Shown: positions 8,960-18,287, counted from the stretch's first letter. The stretch: 23,402 nucleotides of DNA from a bacterium (GCA_044869275.1 JBIOXB010000100.1:1-23402), one strand, 5' to 3'. Made by a program: numbers and translations. Notes: a model not told the origin generated them from the sequence alone.

Positions 8960-9531
8960 AACCGATCTGCGTCGTTGCCGTGGGCGCCGTCGCCGAGGAG
9001 ATTCTGGTTAAAATCGAAATGTGCCTCATACGGCGCTTTGGCATTACGACACGGCGGCTGCCGCCGTTGCCCGAGCCGGTGCAGGCCTGGGAGGCGCAGC
9101 GCGCGCAATACAACGTCATTGCGGTCATGCGAGAATTGTTGGGAATCTGTCCGCCCAATGCCGCACGGCTGCTCGCGGTGACGGAAAAAGATTTGTTCAT
9201 CCCCATGCTGAGCTTTGTGTTCGGCCAGGCGCAATTAAATGGGTCGATTGCCATCGTTTCCCTGGCGCGTTTGCGGCAGGAATTCTACCAATTACCGGCC
9301 AGCGCCACATTGTTGCTGGCGCGCGCACTGAAGGAGTCCGTTCATGAAATGGGTCACACCTTCGGGTTGACGCATTGTTTGGATAAGAACTGTCCCATGT
9401 CGCTATCGACCAATATTCAACAAGTGGACGCCAAAGGCGAAATATTTTGCGCGAATTGCACGATTGTGCTGCGCGAGAGCCTGAATGCGCTGCCGCCCTC
9501 AGGGTTTTCACGTTTGGAGAAAAAAGAATGA
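8956..9531 (+). CDS. Archaemetzincin-family (M54) Zn metalloprotease
   Basis: HEMGHTFGLTHC...CPMS...FCANC (HExxHxxGxxH plus the Cys4 Zn site and Met-turn); FVFGQA; GTGA and ATGA overlaps with both neighbours. Confidence 0.9.
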   Translation: MKPICVVAVGAVAEEILVKIEMCLIRRFGITTRRLPPLPEPVQAWEAQRAQYNVIAVMRELLGICPPNAARLLAVTEKDLFIPMLSFVFGQAQLNGSIAIVSLARLRQEFYQLPASATLLLARALKESVHEMGHTFGLTHCLDKNCPMSLSTNIQQVDAKGEIFCANCTIVLRESLNALPPSGFSRLEKKE

Positions 9532-10886
9532 AGATGCCTTGGGAAATCTTGGTGGTGGATGATGAAGAAGTGATGCGCGAATCGCTGGCGGCGTGGCTGC
9601 GGGAAGACGGCTACGTCGTGGACACCGCCGCCTCCGGCGCCGAGGCCATTGCCAAGTCGCGCACGAAAGACTACGCCATTTACTTCGTCGATCTGAAGAT
9701 GCCGGGCGGCATGGACGGCATCGAAACCATGATGGAAATCCGCAAACTGCACGCCGACGCTGCGATCATCATCATTACCGCTTACGCCACAGTCGATACG
9801 GCCATCACCGCCATGAAAGAAGGCGCACAGGAGTACATCGTCAAGCCCTGTAACCCGAGCGAGATTTCTCTGCTGGTGAACCGCATCATTAAGGTCAAAA
9901 ACCTGCAGCGTGAGAATATCATTCTGCGCAAAAAGCTGACGCGGCAATATAGCTTTCACGACATCATCAGCAAACATCCCAAAATGCTCGACCTGTTTCA
10001 GCTCATTCGTGACATCGCGAGCTTGCGCAGCACCGCGCTCATTCACGGCGAGAGCGGCACCGGCAAAGAATTGATTGCGCGCGCCATACACTTTTCCGGC
10101 GACCGCGCCGGCAAGCCGTTTGTCGGCGTGTCCTGCGCGGCGCTGGCCGAAACCTTGTTGGAATCCGAACTCTTCGGCCACGAGAAAGGGGCATTCACCG
10201 GGGCGGTGGCGCAAAAAAAAGGGAAATTCGAACAGGCGGAAGGTGGCACGATTTTTTTGGATGAGATCGGCGACATTTCCCCCAAGCTGCAATTGGACTT
10301 GCTGCGCGTGTTGCAAGAACGCAGCTTTTATCGCGTGGGCGGCTCACAGGAAATCCACGTAGAAGTGCGCGTGATCGCGGCGACGCACGTCGATTTGCAG
10401 GAGGCGGTGCAGCACGGCCGTTTCCGCGATGACTTGTTCTATCGCCTCAATGTCATCAACATTCACATTCCGCCGCTGCGCGAGCGCCGCGAAGACATTC
10501 CGTTGCTGGCGCGCCATTTCCTCGAGCGGTTGACGCACGAGCTCAGCAAGGAAGTGGATGATCTCACCGAGAGCGCCTTGCGGCTGTTGCTGGATTATGA
10601 ATGGCCGGGCAATGTGCGCGAATTGGAAAACGCCGTCGAGCGCGCCATTGTGACCTGCCGCGCGCGGGTGCTCACGGATGATGATTTTGCTTTTTTGAAT
10701 CACCACAGACTCGAACGGCGCGAGTGGGCCGTGCCGGCCAACATGTCGCTCGCAGAGGTGGAAAAGCAGATGATCGCCGCGACCCTGCAGCGCACACAAG
10801 GCAACATCAAGGAAGCAGCGAGCATTCTAGGAATTGATCGTTCGACGATTTACGATCGCATCAAGAAGTACAATATCCCGCGTTGA
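9528..10886 (+). CDS. Sigma54-dependent Fis-family response regulator (NtrC/AtoC/ZraR-like)
   Basis: Receiver (VVDDE, DLKMP, TAY, KP), Walker A GESGTGKE, ESELFGHEKGAFTGA, FLDEI, WPGNVREL, C-terminal HTH. Confidence 0.96.
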   Translation: MKMPWEILVVDDEEVMRESLAAWLREDGYVVDTAASGAEAIAKSRTKDYAIYFVDLKMPGGMDGIETMMEIRKLHADAAIIIITAYATVDTAITAMKEGAQEYIVKPCNPSEISLLVNRIIKVKNLQRENIILRKKLTRQYSFHDIISKHPKMLDLFQLIRDIASLRSTALIHGESGTGKELIARAIHFSGDRAGKPFVGVSCAALAETLLESELFGHEKGAFTGAVAQKKGKFEQAEGGTIFLDEIGDISPKLQLDLLRVLQERSFYRVGGSQEIHVEVRVIAATHVDLQEAVQHGRFRDDLFYRLNVINIHIPPLRERREDIPLLARHFLERLTHELSKEVDDLTESALRLLLDYEWPGNVRELENAVERAIVTCRARVLTDDDFAFLNHHRLERREWAVPANMSLAEVEKQMIAATLQRTQGNIKEAASILGIDRSTIYDRIKKYNIPR

Positions 10887-11071
10887 GCGGACGCCCTCCG
10901 CGGCTGTTCTTATCCACCATGAGGTTAAACCATGGCTGAAGGAATTGCCGGCCACATTACCAAAGGGTGAGTGAAATCGTCTACGTTTTGGAAACCGCAT
11001 TTACCGCCTCACAAAAGGAAGCCAATGTTTTTCTCGGGCTGAGATAACTGCCCCGCCGCCGCCTTTCCGCT

Positions 11072-11908
11072 TCACGGCTCCAAAAAGAGATCACCCAACA
11101 CCGCGTCCCACTTTGCTTCAGGATTTTCCCTGGTGATATCCTCCACTGGCACACCACCATCCGCGAGCATGGGCCCCACGCCGGCGGGCGCCAGGGACAA
11201 TTGCAGCCGTTCCATTTCCCGCAACAGCCACGGCCGGATTTCCGCGCCGCGCAGCAGATGGCGCAAGTCCGCGCCAGGTTTGCAAGGGCGCACGCGCAAA
11301 TACCAGCCCTTATCCGGGCCGCCGGTGGCAACCACTTCGCCCTCCACCGGCGCGAGGATGCGCAACCGCTGCTTTTGTTTGAGCAGGTGCCAGCCCGCGC
11401 CGTTCACGTGTACCTGCGTGCCCAGCGCCGGCAGATCCACACCATCCGGTTTGCCGATCACGCGCGTGCTAAAATCATCAAGGCCCACGGTGAACGTGCC
11501 ATCCGCTTCGGGCCGCGCCCAGGAATGGCCGCGGTGATAAAAACGATCGAGCGGCATGTGCAGGCCGAAAATCTCCTCCTCCTGTTCTCGGACTTGCGCA
11601 GCCGGAAGCGGTGCTTGTGCGAGAATTTTGCCATGCGTCGCACAAGTGCGGCAATCAAATCCGTGATCACACTTGCGCCGGGACACGGCGCCGCGCAGCT
11701 CGTGCCGGCAGGCGCGCACCGCCATGGGCAAATCCTCGAAACCGGCATGCCACATGATTTCGTCTTGTTCCTGAGTTTTGAAATCTCTACGGGCATTGAG
11801 CAGCGCGCGCACCAGCGTAACGGCGATTACAAGCACGACGCCGTAGAAAATGCCCAGAAAGATCACATGTCCGGCATCCCAACGGAAACCATGCGCCCAA
11901 GGTAACAT
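11072..11908 (-). CDS. Membrane-anchored GcvH-like (lipoyl-fold) protein with a Cys4 domain
   Basis: N-terminal TM helix; C-x12-C-x5-C-x2-C; FYHRGHSWAR...VGLDDF...APVEGEVV...GWY; GGAGG SD before ATG 11908. Confidence 0.8.
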   Translation of the reverse strand: MLPWAHGFRWDAGHVIFLGIFYGVVLVIAVTLVRALLNARRDFKTQEQDEIMWHAGFEDLPMAVRACRHELRGAVSRRKCDHGFDCRTCATHGKILAQAPLPAAQVREQEEEIFGLHMPLDRFYHRGHSWARPEADGTFTVGLDDFSTRVIGKPDGVDLPALGTQVHVNGAGWHLLKQKQRLRILAPVEGEVVATGGPDKGWYLRVRPCKPGADLRHLLRGAEIRPWLLREMERLQLSLAPAGVGPMLADGGVPVEDITRENPEAKWDAVLGDLFLEP

Positions 11909-12023
11909 GTTGAACCTCCACAATTATGCTATGCTGGCCTGGTGCTGCCAGTTCGCGGCAAAAACTTCTTTAACCAGTCGTTGAGAAATCAGTTCACAAA
12001 CTCCGTGCACAGTCGCACGCTTG

Positions 12024-13265
12024 CTAATCCCAGCGCGTGTAGCTCAATTCCCTTTCCTGCGGGAAAAGGGTGAGATAGCGAAACGAGAAGGAGTACAGCA
12101 AAACACCGTAGGCCACCACGGCCAGAAAGGTGGCGATCTCCTGCCAGCTCGGAATATAAGAGAGAAACTCATCGAACGGCAGCGTGGGCAAGGCCAGCGT
12201 TTGAATCGTCATCACAAAACGATTCAAGGCCACGCCGGCGCAGGCCAAAAACGCGGCGCTCACCAGCCAGGATATGCCTAGCTGCCGGCGTTGGTTGAGC
12301 AGCATTAACGCCGGCAACAGACCCAGCAGCACGATCTCTGTAAACAAGATCCACGAGCCGAATTCCTTGCGGGCATAATACTCAAACGCCGGAAAACCCG
12401 CGCCCGGCGAAGTATTGTTGATCCAGATGAAGGTATCGACCGCCTTGAACAGCACATACACAATCAACAACGCCCCGGAGATTTTTCCCAACAAACGAAA
12501 CACCTCCGGTTTCACCAAAGTTTTCTTCGAGAGTTTTGACACCAGCCAGGTGGTCAATAAGACGAAACTCGGCCCCACAGCCGCGGCGGACAAAATAAAA
12601 AGGAAAAAGGTCGAAGGCCAGATGCCGAGCGCTTCCCGGAACGCGAACGGGCGGCCGCGTAGCACGCCGTACAATCCGCCTAGCGAGCCTTGGTGAAAGA
12701 AGGACAAAAACGTGCCCACGCCGGCGAACACGTACATGAATTTATGCAGCTCGAATTCAAGCACTAAAAACGCGGGAATCTGCCGGATTCTGCGATTCTT
12801 CAACACGATGGGCGCGTATTCAATCGCGAGCACGAGCAAATAACAAGTCAAACAGAAGGTCACTTCCGTGAGCATCGAATGCACGTTGGGATGCCAAAAC
12901 GTGAACCAGGCGCGCAGCGGCTGGCCCACGTCCACCATGAGCACGGCAATGGCGCCGCTGTAGCAAATGAATCCCAACACCACTGCACTGTTGATGACGG
13001 CCTTCAATTCATCGCGGCGCAGGAGATACAGCAAAAAACCGGTGAAAAACGCGCCCGCGCCCAGCGCGATCACCGTAAGATCGAGGTAAATCCACAAACC
13101 GAACGCGAAGCGATTGTCCATGTTGGTTTGATTCAAGCCCACCGCGAAGCACAAGTAAGTCGCGTACAGCCCCACCAAGAGCAGCGCGGCCCAGGGCAAA
13201 ATCCACAACACGAATTTCCAGAACGGGCTGCGCTGCAGGCCGCGTGCGATGAGATGCTTATCCAA
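12024..13265 (-). CDS. NrfD/PsrC-family quinone-interacting membrane subunit (QrcD/ActC-like)
   Basis: FGLWIYLDL..IALGAG, DVGQPLRAW, HQGSLGGLYG, NRFVMT, YIPSWQE; highly hydrophobic. Confidence 0.92.
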   Translation of the reverse strand: MDKHLIARGLQRSPFWKFVLWILPWAALLLVGLYATYLCFAVGLNQTNMDNRFAFGLWIYLDLTVIALGAGAFFTGFLLYLLRRDELKAVINSAVVLGFICYSGAIAVLMVDVGQPLRAWFTFWHPNVHSMLTEVTFCLTCYLLVLAIEYAPIVLKNRRIRQIPAFLVLEFELHKFMYVFAGVGTFLSFFHQGSLGGLYGVLRGRPFAFREALGIWPSTFFLFILSAAAVGPSFVLLTTWLVSKLSKKTLVKPEVFRLLGKISGALLIVYVLFKAVDTFIWINNTSPGAGFPAFEYYARKEFGSWILFTEIVLLGLLPALMLLNQRRQLGISWLVSAAFLACAGVALNRFVMTIQTLALPTLPFDEFLSYIPSWQEIATFLAVVAYGVLLYSFSFRYLTLFPQERELSYTRWD

Positions 13266-14031
13266 GAATCGCCTCCTTCCTGGTTCGCGCTAGACGGGCT
13301 TCGGCCAGGCGTTGCACCCATGGTTGCGTGGAATGATAGAAGACCTTGGGCGCAGTGCCCAGCCGCACCAAGAATTGAAACGTGTTCGGACTGCGCGCAA
13401 GTTTCGCAACGGCACTGTTTTCGTCGGCGAGATCGCCGAACACGATTGCGCCCTGTGGGCAGGCCTCGGCGCATGCTGGCACATATTCGTTCTCGTGCAC
13501 CTCGCGCCGGCCCTCGGCCGCGGCTTGCGCGCGCGCGGCTTGCAGGCGGCCGTGGCAAAAATTGCATTTCTCCACCACCCCGCGCATGCGTGGCGCAACG
13601 TCAGGGTTCAGCGTCTTTTCCATGCCGGCAGGCCATTCCGGGTCCCACCAATTGAAGTAGCGCGCGTGGTACGGGCATGCGGCCATGCAGTACCGGCACC
13701 CCAAACAGCGCACCGGCACCTGGGTCACGATGCCCGTGGCCTGATCCACTTCCACCGCGTTCTGCGGGCATACCGCGACGCATGGCGTTTCCTGCTCGCA
13801 TTGCTGACAGGGCATGGGCACAAATACGCTGCGGCTTTCCGGATGCTGCGTCCCGTTGTCAACTTTGAACACGCGCAGCCAGGTGATGCCGGTGCGGTCA
13901 CTGGCTTTGGGCTGTGCTGGCGGCACATTGTTTTCCACGGCACAGGCTACCATGCACGCGCCGCAGCCGTCGCAGCGATCGAGATCGATCACCATGCCGT
14001 AGCGGGATTTGCTGTTCTCGATTTTCTCCAT
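13258..14031 (-). CDS. 4Fe-4S dicluster electron-transfer subunit (QrcC/NrfC/DsrO-like)
   Basis: IDLDRCDGCGACMVAC, PCQQCEQETPCVAVCP, CLGCRYCMAACPY, VEKCNFC, PACAEACP. Confidence 0.94.
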   Translation of the reverse strand: MEKIENSKSRYGMVIDLDRCDGCGACMVACAVENNVPPAQPKASDRTGITWLRVFKVDNGTQHPESRSVFVPMPCQQCEQETPCVAVCPQNAVEVDQATGIVTQVPVRCLGCRYCMAACPYHARYFNWWDPEWPAGMEKTLNPDVAPRMRGVVEKCNFCHGRLQAARAQAAAEGRREVHENEYVPACAEACPQGAIVFGDLADENSAVAKLARSPNTFQFLVRLGTAPKVFYHSTQPWVQRLAEARLARTRKEAILG

Positions 14032-14033
14032 GG

Positions 14034-16244
14034 TCAAACCCTTGCGACCTTGGCCGGCGTCACGCGCCAAGAGCCATCTTCTTGCAGAGCGCACAAAGCC
14101 AGCACGTTTTCTTCCGTTCCATTCACGCCGGCGGCGCCGTTGGGCAATGGCGCCACCGCCACCTGCACTACGCCCGGCTGCACTGCAGCATCAAAGTGCA
14201 ATCGCACGCGCATCACCCCGGTCGAGGTCTGCAAACGTGCCGGACCCTCCTCCGCTATGCCGTGTGCGCGGGCAGTGTCAGGATTGATGAAAGCTTGATT
14301 CGCCGCTTCGCGCAGCTCAGATTCCTGGTAGATTTTGCTCAACAGTGGCGAAATCTGTCCGTTTCCCACGGCGCCACGCCAGCCAAATGGCATAAGAAGC
14401 AAAGAGGAGGCGGCCGGTGTTTGCGCTCGAACACTGGCATTGCCTTCGGCCGCTGCCAGCAGCCATTCATAGTTATTCTCGCCTTTTCCCAGCATGGAGA
14501 AACGCGGGAGCGGCGCGGGAGCGCTTTCCTGATCTTGCCAGCATGCACCTTGTGCGAACAATTCCCACAACTGCTCTCCTGATCCTATCGCACTCATATC
14601 CTGCCATTGCTTTTGTTCGAAAATAAAAACCTGGCCGCGGCCAGTTCGCTGTAACGCGGCCACGCGATTTTTGATCAGATCAGCGTGCGCCATGCCCGCC
14701 CAGTTCATGCCGAGGCCGGCGGCGAGACGATTCAAAAGCTCAACCGGTTCAACAGCACTCGCAGGCGGAGCCAGCAATGGAACCGAAATGCTGAACGAAG
14801 CGAGCGGGGCCGCGCTCGGCGTGGTGGCTTCCTGTAACGATTCAAAGGGCGCGGGCGCAGGAATGAGATAATCTGCATGCCGCGCCCAGCCGCTGCGAAA
14901 GGGTGACAGACTAATGACCAACGCGCGCTCCGGCACCAGCTTTCTCTCCAAAAGCGGCCACGGCATCGCGTAGCCGGATTCTGCTGCATCGATGATGAGA
15001 ACACGAATGGAATGATCCGGCATATCAGCGATTGCCGTGGCCGGCATAGTTGCGCAGTTACTGGCGATGTCGCCGAAAGGCACCTCTCGTCTAGGTACGA
15101 TCCCGCCTTTTTTGCCGACATTGCCGAGCAGTAGATTCAATCCCGCGATGGCGATTTCTGTGGCTGCGCCCAAGGGACCACCGCCGGGATCAGCACCGCC
15201 AATGGCGACGGCAGGGCCGCCTTGCGCCACTTGTCGAGCTGTGGAAATTATGCTGTCCACAGCAATGCCTGTGAGTTTTGCTGCGCGCTCCGGAGGAAAA
15301 GCCGCAACCAAATCGCAATATGAACGGCCGCCACCACACTGAAAATCACGTGACTGCCGCTGCAACGAATGGCGATCGCACAACTGCTCGCGCACGATCA
15401 CATGCGCCAAGCCCATTGCCAGCGCCGCCTCAGAACCGGGTTTGACCGGCAGCCAAGAGCTGCTTTGCAGTGCGGTGCGCGATTGGCGTGTTTCGATTTG
15501 AATAATTTGCAGACGTGCGCCGTTCGACTGTTGCAGTTGTGGGCGGCGCAAGTGGCTAATTCGGCCGGGTGTGTCCCAGCCGTCACAAATCGGTGCGCCA
15601 AAACTGAGTAGCGTGGCGGTGTTCTCCACGTCCACGCCGAGCGGGCCGCAAGGCGTTTCGAATAATTCCTGAAGTGCGGCAAGCGTGGCATCTTCCCGTC
15701 CGGGTGAAGTGAGATAAGCCGCCCGCGGAAACTGCGCAAGAAAATGCTGATACAACCGTGATATCGTGCGGCCTGGCCGTTCATCGAGCACCGCAACATA
15801 CCCATGATGTGCCGCGGCCATCTCCGCCAGAACATTTGCAATCCCAGCCGCGGCTTCGTCAATTGCCAGCGGGACCAACTGAATGTTGCCGTTTTTGCTC
15901 TCAAGCCGCAAGGGCTGCGCAGCGCGCAGAGGATGATAAGCGAGATGATGGCCTGCCAGTCCCATGGGGCACAACGCGCCGTGGCTTTGCGGATGCGCCG
16001 TGACTCCCGCCAAACTCACGGGTTGCGCACCCACGCAGCGCGCGCGCACGGCGCAACCCGCCGGACACAAGGTGCATACGCTAAAGCGCGTGCTGTGTTC
16101 GCCGTGCGGAGGCTCCCACGCTCCCTTTTGTGTCCAAATGGCAAGATCGTCCAGCACTTTCCAAGGCACCGGCGTGAACAACAAACCCAGCGCCGAACCA
16201 CCGGCCAGCTTCAAAAGATCCCGTCTTGTGATATTCATCGCCAT
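14034..16244 (-). CDS. Tat-exported molybdopterin-oxidoreductase-like subunit (QrcB/ActB-like)
   Basis: Tat motif TRRDLLK, WTQ, CTLCPAGC...LCPMG, PVKPGSEAALAMG, ADYLIPA, INPDTARAHGI. Confidence 0.88.
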   Translation of the reverse strand: MAMNITRRDLLKLAGGSALGLLFTPVPWKVLDDLAIWTQKGAWEPPHGEHSTRFSVCTLCPAGCAVRARCVGAQPVSLAGVTAHPQSHGALCPMGLAGHHLAYHPLRAAQPLRLESKNGNIQLVPLAIDEAAAGIANVLAEMAAAHHGYVAVLDERPGRTISRLYQHFLAQFPRAAYLTSPGREDATLAALQELFETPCGPLGVDVENTATLLSFGAPICDGWDTPGRISHLRRPQLQQSNGARLQIIQIETRQSRTALQSSSWLPVKPGSEAALAMGLAHVIVREQLCDRHSLQRQSRDFQCGGGRSYCDLVAAFPPERAAKLTGIAVDSIISTARQVAQGGPAVAIGGADPGGGPLGAATEIAIAGLNLLLGNVGKKGGIVPRREVPFGDIASNCATMPATAIADMPDHSIRVLIIDAAESGYAMPWPLLERKLVPERALVISLSPFRSGWARHADYLIPAPAPFESLQEATTPSAAPLASFSISVPLLAPPASAVEPVELLNRLAAGLGMNWAGMAHADLIKNRVAALQRTGRGQVFIFEQKQWQDMSAIGSGEQLWELFAQGACWQDQESAPAPLPRFSMLGKGENNYEWLLAAAEGNASVRAQTPAASSLLLMPFGWRGAVGNGQISPLLSKIYQESELREAANQAFINPDTARAHGIAEEGPARLQTSTGVMRVRLHFDAAVQPGVVQVAVAPLPNGAAGVNGTEENVLALCALQEDGSWRVTPAKVARV

Positions 16245-16255
16245 GACTCATGCTC

Positions 16256-16843
16256 TTATTTGTGACAGTCGAGGCAACCGGAATTCTTGCCGTGCTGCTG
16301 GTGGCAGCGCACACACTCGTCCATTTTCTTGCCATCCCAGGGCTGCCGGCGCAGCCGCGAAAGCGATTGGCCCCAAAGGTCGCGGCTGTAGCCGCTGATG
16401 CGATTCACTTGCAACGGTCGCAAGGTGTTGCTCGTGCCATGCGCGCCGTGGCATTGCGCACATTCGATTTCCGCGCGCTTGACGTGCTGAAGATGCGAGA
16501 AGTAAGCGTTGCCGGGCTGGCGTGAATAGACCAGCCAGGGAATCTCGCGATTGGGGACGACGTACTCTTCCACAAGTTTCTTTTCCGCTTCCGTCTCGCC
16601 CAACTGCGCGCTGTGGCACTCCGCGCATTTTGCCAAGGCAGGAATACCTTGAAAGCGTCCATTCGCTGCAAACGCATGGCAGTCGGCGCACGCCATCCCC
16701 ACGTTTTCGCCGGTGTGCACGCTGTGGCTGAATTGCAGCGGCTGCTCCACGCTGCGATAGAGTGCATGCGGAAAACCGAACCACCCCAACGCCAGGCCTG
16801 CGGCCAGGCCGGTCCAAAACAAAATTGTGCCTTTGCTGGTCAT
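16256..16843 (-). CDS. Membrane-anchored pentaheme cytochrome c (QrcA/ActA-like)
   Basis: TM anchor, QPLQFSHSVH, five CxxCH (CADCH, CAECH, CAQCH, CVRCH, CLDCH), YFSHLQH, MDEC. Confidence 0.93.
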   Translation of the reverse strand: MTSKGTILFWTGLAAGLALGWFGFPHALYRSVEQPLQFSHSVHTGENVGMACADCHAFAANGRFQGIPALAKCAECHSAQLGETEAEKKLVEEYVVPNREIPWLVYSRQPGNAYFSHLQHVKRAEIECAQCHGAHGTSNTLRPLQVNRISGYSRDLWGQSLSRLRRQPWDGKKMDECVRCHQQHGKNSGCLDCHK

Positions 16844-16845
16844 AC

Positions 16846-17802
16846 TCACTCTCTCCATCCGGCATGGGGCGAGAAAAACTCATTGAACAATTGCAGCACC
16901 TCCTCGCGGCTCAGCTGCTGCGCCAGACCCTGACAAAAAACTCCGCCATCGGCCAGCAGCGGCTGGTCCTGCAAAGTGAAGCGTGCGAGTTTTTCGTGTA
17001 CGAATTCAGAAATGCGCTGCACTTCGTGCTGCATCCAATCATGCGCCTCCCTGCCGCACCGCAGGCCGGCGGTCACCGCAGCATTGCCAACGCCCGGCGC
17101 TGATTTGTTTTCAGCGCCCTCGAAAAGCCAGCCCGAATTGTAAGGATCAGAGGTGAGTTTCTCGGGATGGCTGCGCAGCCACGCATTGGGGCGAAAGATG
17201 GCCAGGGCATTCGGAAACACCATTTGCAAATCCACGCCGCGCACGGTGAGCACGGCGGCAGGCCGGTTGACGCCTTTGGCGGTCACAAAGCTCAAGCCCT
17301 CCACGCTTCCCAGAACCGAGGCGAGAAAGGCGTCGATGCCGATGTGGTAGCTGCCCTCGGTGCCGCTGTCCAGCCACAGGTGATTGGCGGAATAGAGCAG
17401 ATGTTCGGGCAGCGGCAATGCTGCGCACGCCGGCATGGAACCTGCGCGTGCGTGATGATCGGCCGCGGCTTCGCTAGACGCAGAGACGTTGGCAAGTGCG
17501 GCGTAAAGCTCACAGTACCGATGATTCTCGCTACCGCAGCGCGACAATGATGGCTCGCTATAGGGAATAAACTTGATCTCGGCGGCAGCGGAGCAGTATT
17601 GCATCAACGCCTCGGAGAGAAACGGGCAATGGGCCTGGCTGGGAAAATCCTCGTGGCGCTGCTTCGCCGCCGTGCAATTGACGTGGTCGGGAGAGGAGCA
17701 CTTCTCGTGCTCCGTCTGCCCGAGCGCGCGCACGATCATCTTGCGAAACGGCGACGCCTGGCAGAATTTCACTTGCGCTTCTCGAAGAAAAGGGCATCTC
17801 AT
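16846..17802 (-). CDS. GcvH-like protein with a duplicated N-terminal Cys-rich repeat
   Basis: Two CPFL-x7-C...C-x4-H-x2-C repeats; LYSANHLWL...IGIDAF...PEKLTSDPYNSGWLF typical of H-protein. Confidence 0.8.
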   Translation of the reverse strand: MRCPFLREAQVKFCQASPFRKMIVRALGQTEHEKCSSPDHVNCTAAKQRHEDFPSQAHCPFLSEALMQYCSAAAEIKFIPYSEPSLSRCGSENHRYCELYAALANVSASSEAAADHHARAGSMPACAALPLPEHLLYSANHLWLDSGTEGSYHIGIDAFLASVLGSVEGLSFVTAKGVNRPAAVLTVRGVDLQMVFPNALAIFRPNAWLRSHPEKLTSDPYNSGWLFEGAENKSAPGVGNAAVTAGLRCGREAHDWMQHEVQRISEFVHEKLARFTLQDQPLLADGGVFCQGLAQQLSREEVLQLFNEFFSPHAGWRE

Positions 17803-17838
17803 GAGGCACTCCCGCGCGATTGCGCCGTGAGCTGAACG

Positions 17839-18129
17839 CTAATTTTCCGAACGCTGAATATGCGCATCTTCCTCGGGCGCAGGCGGCGCCGGCATGGCGG
17901 CCGGCTTGTCCAGCCGTTCGCCACCGTCCGCCATGGTAATGCCCAGCTCGGGAATCGCAAAAGCATGATCGTCCTGCGGCATCAAGGCCGGTACGCGTTT
18001 GCGTGCGCGCCGCAGCACTTCCTGCAACGCCACGCCGGCAACGGTCACGACACAGATCAAGGTGACCACGCCCAGCGCAATATTGGTGACATTCAACCAG
18101 AAGGTCTCTGGATCATCGATGATAAACAC
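17839..18129 (-). CDS. Small single-TM hypothetical protein with a LGITMADGGE motif
   Basis: AAGGAGG SD before GTG 18129; TM helix NIALGVVTLICVVTVAGVAL; first gene after the sigma54 promoter. Confidence 0.78.
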   Translation of the reverse strand: MFIIDDPETFWLNVTNIALGVVTLICVVTVAGVALQEVLRRARKRVPALMPQDDHAFAIPELGITMADGGERLDKPAAMPAPPAPEEDAHIQRSEN

Positions 18130-18186
18130 GATACACCTCCTTGCACAATGCGGGATGAGATTCACCGACTATTATCCTGATGTCCG

Positions 18187-18202
18187 TACAAAGGATGTAC
18201 CA
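18187..18202 (-). promoter_or_regulatory. Putative sigma54 promoter of the GcvH-like/Qrc-like cluster
   Basis: Minus strand TGGTACATCCTTTGTA, about 58 nt upstream of the first start codon. Confidence 0.62.
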
Positions 18203-18287
18203 TGCGCAGGAAATAGGCTAGCGCTCTTTGTTTACAAGAAGTTTGACCGTCATTCGATATATTGAAAGACAAGACGGGGGGTAGTGC

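Noticed and set aside
10887..11071. Terminator or small ORF between the convergent operons
   Set aside because: Only a 5-bp stem (10887-10901) without a clear U-tract, and no credible ORF.
16248..16883. 211-aa alternative-frame ORF over the cytochrome c gene
   Set aside because: The overlapping frame carries five CxxCH motifs and a TM anchor; this one is Arg/Ala-rich and featureless.
11072..17802. True glycine cleavage system or sHdr/LbpA sulfur-oxidation locus
   Set aside because: No gcvP/gcvT/lpd, hdr or lipoate-assembly genes in the window; the ESVK motif is absent from both proteins.
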